A DNA stretch of 64,000 nucleotides from Eledone cirrhosa (Eukaryota). The notes under the pieces were generated by a model, which saw only the letters and a program-made list of their open reading frames with translations, had not been told where the DNA came from and ran no database searches. Shown here piece after piece: positions 57,747 through 64,000 of this stretch. Position numbers and translations under genes: made by a program. The first letter of the stretch is position 1; each line of letters begins with the position of its first letter. Location: assembly GCA_964016885.1 (NCBI GenBank), contig OZ024751.1, positions 39,804,001-39,868,000 of the forward strand, given 5' to 3'.

Positions 57747-59450
57747 GCGTATTATACATACAAATGCATATACATACTGTTTTGTATATTTTATTTTAAA
57801 AGTCAATACAAACAAAATGAATGCCATATGCTAAATGTTTCAATGAGAGAAAGAGGATAGTGTAATTTGCTAACATTGCACTCAGTTTCCAAATACTTTA
57901 GATATTATGTACTATGATTTTATATGTCTATTAATTTCAATCTAATTTAATGCTATTTAGTCAAGCTAATCTAGTTCATCCCCTAAATTTCCCTCTATAT
58001 AGTCTCTCATTTTTCTCCTTATGATTGCAATGAACCGTATCGAGTTCCTGGTATATATTTAAATGTAAGTTACTAAAGCTAACGTGGAAGTTTCTAGGTT
58101 GTCGTTCAACCTGCTAGAAATAGCAGCCAAATCTCCCTCAATTCATATTATACTGTCTTAGAAAATGAACAGCTCGTAGTGTATCTGTAATGTTTTAAAT
58201 AATAGTCTTACGTTATTTAGTTTCGACCTGTGGATTGATAGCATCGTTAGAACGACGGACAATGCTTCGACATATCGATTTGTGGCTTCTAATTCAATTT
58301 CCACCTAGATCAACTTTGTCTTTCATTTTTCTGGGATCGATAAACTACAGTACTAGTTAAGTATTGGGGTCGATATAGCCGAATTTCTCCCACCCACAAA
58401 TCGCTGACATTGTGACTAAATTAGAAACAATTATTTAGTTCTGACCTTCGATGATCTGGAATCAAATTCAATGAGTGATTAGTTGTCGTCTTTCATTTCA
58501 CCAGTGTTGATAAAATAAGTACTAGTAATATATTCGTCCTCTATAAATTGTGACATTTTGCTAGCGTGTCAACGTACTTGGTTTCGATCTTCTCAGTTAT
58601 GAGTTCCAATCTGTAATGACTGACTTTGTATTTAATATTTCCTGCTTGGTAGATTATTAGAAATATGGTAACGAAAGGGTTAATAAAAACATTGCCTAGG
58701 AATTTCATCCTGTCCCTTTTCTAAGGAAATAATCTTTACCATTCGGTTATTTTCTTCGCCGTTTTTTTAAGGCGTTTTTCAGAAATGTCCTGTATAAAAT
58801 CATTTAGATTTGTTCAAATATCTTCGACATTTAAAAGGCTTCGTGTGAGGAAGTTCTCATTCATATTTTTTTTTTTCGTTTTTTTATCTTAAAGAAATTC
58901 CGTGCAAATTGATATTTTCACGGTGTCTTCGGTTAGTAATCTGATTAAAGTGGCAACAAATTGATTAATTAATTCTAAATTTAATTAGATTTATTTCTCG
59001 CGGGACAAAATATTCATCTCACATTCATTTCATTTTTCTTCTGGTGAATAATAATAAAAATAATATTTTTATTGTAATCAACAGTGTATGTTCAGAATTA
59101 AGCTCTTAAGTTATTTTGAAAAAATTAAACTTTTGTAATTACTTGTCAAATGATCAATTTAATTAGGCAATGAAGTATTAATTAATTTAACTTCTCGAAG
59201 GACAGAAGAATTAGAGAACAATATTATTTTTATATGTTCTACTTTGTCAGTTTCCTTCAATCTGACAATAATAAATCTCACATCATGTTTATATTTATTT
59301 CCAAGGTTATTTAAAACAAAATAATTTCTATATGTAGATCCTAATATAAAAGGATTTATTATATGTTGATGGATCCTCCATCAAATTCGACGATGTCATT
59401 CAATACTTCGATCAACAGAACATACAAGTACATATATATATATATGTATG

Positions 59451-59637
<187 letters not shown>

Positions 59638-59657
59638 GTATATATATATGCATACAT

Positions 59658-59697
<40 letters not shown>

Positions 59698-59868
59698 GTA
59701 TATATATGTATATATATGTGTGTGTATATATACATACATACACACACATATATATATATACCATAATTGACAAAGCATAATTATTTTATATTCAGATATG
59801 TTGAACATTCAAATTTCAAAATTAGATATTTAAAACAATTCCTCGTGTGTTTTTTTTTTTTCAATTAG

Positions 59869-60236
59869 GTACGGACGTCAACCGAGCTGTTGTTGAAGGT
59901 GCCAAGATGATGAAGACTTTGGACAATATACCATCAGAAGGTAGAGCTAGGGTCATGTTCTTCTTAACAGACGGAAGTGCAACTTTTGGTGAATCCAATC
60001 GGCACCAGATTCTGAAGAATCTTGAGCAACAGAATTTGACAAAGACGCCAATATTTTCTCTTTCTTTTGGGGCTGATTCAGACATGAAACTTTTAGAAAG
60101 AATTTCTTTACAGAATTCCGGGGAAGTTAAGCGAATCTACGAATCAAATGATTCTGCCATTCAGTTAAAGACGTTTTATGATCAAATATCTTCAACGCTA
60201 ATGACGGATATGAAAATGAAATATATTCCAAGGGAA
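59869..60236 (+). CDS. ITIH-like: ITIH-like gene exon (vWA domain C-part)
   Basis: TAG|(S)TDVNRAVVEG...FFLTDGSATFGE...PIFSLSFGADSDMKLLERISLQNSGEVKRIYESNDSAIQLKTFYDQISSTLMTDMKMKYIPRE|GTGAGT, phase 1 to 0. Confidence 0.95.
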
Positions 60237-60818
60237 GTGAGTTCTAATTTGTTTATTCCATTGTTTCTGTTGTTGTTGTTGCTGTGTTTAAATAAATACA
60301 CACACACACTCATATATATATATATAATATGGAAAACGAAGAATCAGTAATGTATCGGAACACAATTTATTAACGGATTACAATTGTTTCTCCAGCGAAG
60401 AGCTCGAGGTACGATCTATTTGTGGATCGAACCTGGCTCTGGATTCGCAAGTTTTTCAGATACGTCTAGTGATTTCGAAGCAAATCCTCTTTCTGCTGGA
60501 CTCCGACCCTTGGCATTTCTATCATCTGCTATCATCCTGTTTGCACGGCACTTCGACTGGTTGATAGTTCGCGACGTCATCTTTGTGATTGACCATTTAA
60601 ATCTGCCCACTGACCACATCCATTCAGGCGTGAGCTGTCACTCACCCTAATCCCGTATATATATGAAGATATATATGAAGTATATATATATATGAAGTAC
60701 TTCTTCAATTAACACTTAACATTTAATATTCTACCATACTATTTCATTATAATATCATCATAATTTTAAAGGATTGTAAATAAACCAGGTATATCAGACA
60801 AAGTTGGAATTCCTTTTA

Positions 60819-60862
<44 letters not shown>

Positions 60863-60865
<3 letters not shown>

Positions 60866-61069
60866 CGAAGGAAATGTGGTAAGGAACCAGGTGGACCATA
60901 ACGCACCAAAGTACTCAATACTTAGGGTAGTAGAGTGGGTAATAGGAACGAGTAGGACCCCGACGGCTGAGCTCAAGCCGTTTCGACGGCTAATTCTGGA
61001 CTAAAATCTTAGTCCAGAATTAGCCGTCGAAACGGCTTGAGCTCAGCCGTCGGGGTCCTACTCGTTCCT
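60863..61069. mobile_element. Family A fold-back element
   Basis: Perfect inverted arms of about 60 bp around 61006, TA-flanked. Confidence 0.75.
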
Positions 61070-61204
61070 ATATATATATATATATGCATATATATATACA
61101 TATTTATATATATATATATGCGTATATATGTGTGTATATATATATATTTATATACATGTATATATATATGCATATATATATATATATATACATATATATA
61201 CGTA

Positions 61205-61249
<45 letters not shown>

Positions 61250-61696
61250 CTATAAATTAATAAATAAATGAATAAATGACAATATGTCGGTGTTTTATAG
61301 CTGAGACCTTCAACATATTCTTTCTCTTTCTCTCTCACTCTCTCTCTCTCTCTCTCATTTTCTCTCTCTCACTCCCCCCCCTCCCTCTCTCTCTCTCATT
61401 AAGATAGTATTCTAGAGATGTCATCAAAAGTAAGCAAAAGAGCCGGGTTGCCAGGTTGGAAAGACAATTAGAATGTTACTTGAATCCGAGCAAGTAAATA
61501 TCGTAACACTAGCAAAGAGAGCAGGGTGGTGTTACTGCTATTTTTAGTGGGGAAATAAATGTCAGGTTGTGATGTCACGTTTATGTGACTTTACCGACAG
61601 AGACAGAGGCGGATCGAGAGAGAGAAACAGAAAGAGACAGACAGGCAGATAGACAGATAGATAATTGGACAGTGAGGCGGATCGAGAGAGAGATAC

Positions 61697-61736
<40 letters not shown>

Positions 61737-61860
61737 GATAGAGAGAGAGGGGGATAGAGAGAGACATACAGACAGACAGATAGACAGTGAAAGAAAGAGA
61801 GAGACAAAGTGAGAGAGTGACAAACAGACAATGTAAGAGTGGGAGAGAGGAGGACGAACT

Positions 61861-61952
<92 letters not shown>

Positions 61953-62271
61953 ACCGATGGAGTTTCAACAATCTTCATGACATTCTAAGGATCCAACTTT
62001 GGTATGTTATTCTTTTATGAAATCGTAGGTAATTATAGGCCGATAACTCCTGCAGCCTTCGGTGACATATAACGTATGATGACCATTTGAAACCTGGTGG
62101 AGCCCAACCCTAACTAAGGCTGGTCACAACCGGTTTCTTCCAGAGAATGAGAGAGGGGGGAATAGAGAGAGAGGGGGGAGGAAGATATACATTGATAGAT
62201 AGATTTCTTAGGGTAGGGAAATGATTTGATTTAAATTTGTCCTAATTTCTGTTCAGGAACGTCATAAACCA

Positions 62272-62338
<67 letters not shown>

Positions 62339-62459
62339 TCTCTCTCTCTCCCTTTCTGCTCCCTTCTCTCTCTTAATGTAACAAGATGTTTCACATTTTT
62401 TTCTCTCTATTTCGACATATTTTTTTAATTTGAATATATATATATATATATAAATATAT

Positions 62460-62675
62460 AGGAACGAGTAGGACCCCGACGGCTGAGCTCAAGCCGTTTC
62501 GACGGCTAATTCTGGACTAAATTTAGTCTTGATTTAGTCCAGAATTAGCCGTCGAAACGGCTTGAGCTCAGCCGTCGGGGTCCTACTCGTTCCTATTACC
62601 CACTCTACTACCCTAAGTATTGAGTACTTTGGTGCGTTATGGTCCATCTGGTTCCTTACCACATTTCCTTCGTTA
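62460..62675. mobile_element. Family A fold-back element
   Basis: Inverted arms around 62525, long arm on the + strand. Confidence 0.75.
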
Positions 62676-63850
62676 TATAAATATATATATATATTCCAAA
62701 TCTTGCTGTTTATTTATATTTTTATTTTTTACAATGTTCCACTTGGAGATGGAAATATAGTATTTCTTTGTTCTAAATATTCAAATTATCCAAAATTACA
62801 GACATTTTTCTTTTTTATGTTTTGTTTACAGAACAATTTTCACGTGAATCTATCTGCACAAAAAATAACAGTTAATATAATATTAATATGTTTAATACAG
62901 TTGATGTTTTAAAAGTTTCATCTTTTTATATCGACTATTACATCTGACAGAACAATAGATGTGTGTAACACTTATAATTATAGGAGTTTCGTGGTATTCT
63001 TTCATCATTGTTTCGCAGACTTCATTAAGCAAGAAGCTACGACTAAGAATCCCGAACGAATCTTCTTAGTTCTCCTTGTGTTTTAAGACCAGGTGAGAGC
63101 GTAGGATTCAATGGTTGCAATATTCATATGCAAAGTTGAAACCCCAGATATTATTTTTGAAAAAATATATTTCTTACTGACATTGGCACAAACTAAGTAG
63201 TAGTTTGTGGCAAGAGGAAAATCGATTATATCGGCCCCAGTTATTGACTGATATTTTATTTTATCGACCTCGAAAGGATGAAATATAAAATTATCCTCGG
63301 TGGAATTTGAACTCAAGATGTAAAAAACTAACCCAAGTAAAGCTAAAAGTTTGTCCGACATTCTAACGCCTCTACCAATCCACCGCCTTATATTGATTAA
63401 AAGAAACGTATTAGAAATAATTGCGAGATGAGAGAAAGAAAGTATTAGACCAAATTAATTAAAATTGTTTTAATTATTCTAACAAGGGAAGTTGTTTAGT
63501 TAATATCTAATTTTTTTAAATCCTGACATATTTTCTGTAACAAAATACAAATTTCGCTGTATATCATATGTAACCCCCGAAACTTATAAATTATTTAAAG
63601 GTTTCGTGAAATATATACTAAAATCACATCTGTGTGACTGATCTTAAAGATAGCCAAGAAAATGTGTTAATGGGTTATATGACGTCACCAGTGCTGCACT
63701 AAATACGTGATCAGGACACTCACCTCCTCAGGGACATGTTCTAATAGGTTTAAAGATTCTTGGAGTTGTTGGTATTGTTGTTGTTGTTGTTGAGTTCGCA
63801 AGTCAACCCGATGAAACAGTCGCAAATATTATCCACCCGCGACTATGTTT

Positions 63851-63960
63851 CCAGACATAGTGAATCTAGAACTCTTCTAACCAATACGTCTTCCCCTATT
63901 TTTTTTCCAGACATAGTGAATCTAGAACTCTTCTAACCAATACGTCTTCCCCTATTTTTT
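63851..63960. repeat. 56-bp direct duplication
   Basis: ccagacatagtgaatctagaac... at 63851 and 63907. Confidence 0.9.
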
Positions 63961-64000
63961 AAAACACGATGGATTGTAAATTGAGGTTGAATTTGGAGAT

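Overview
AT-rich, microsatellite-saturated eukaryotic DNA. The tRNA-headed SINE families resemble those of octopod cephalopods (inference). It holds six in-frame exons (38413-60236, + strand) of an inter-alpha-trypsin-inhibitor heavy-chain-like VIT-vWA gene; the first exon was not found and the 3' exons lie beyond what I can place. There are many SINEs and fragments of RTE, CRE, R4/Dong-like and mariner elements, plus a hAT MITE. The standout is a 9.2-kb array (23929-33085) of about 29.5 almost identical 310-bp units, set in a (TA)n tract. Each full unit carries a minimal type I hammerhead ribozyme motif: 7 on the - strand and 22 on the + strand, separated by a fold-back inversion. It looks like a retrozyme-type (circular ribozyme RNA) multimer insertion. 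Several other TA-anchored fold-back element families carry complete, variant (U3-A8, U.U-closed stem II, extended stem II) or half hammerheads, including one in sense orientation in an ITIH intron. All RNA structures were paired by eye and activity is untested.
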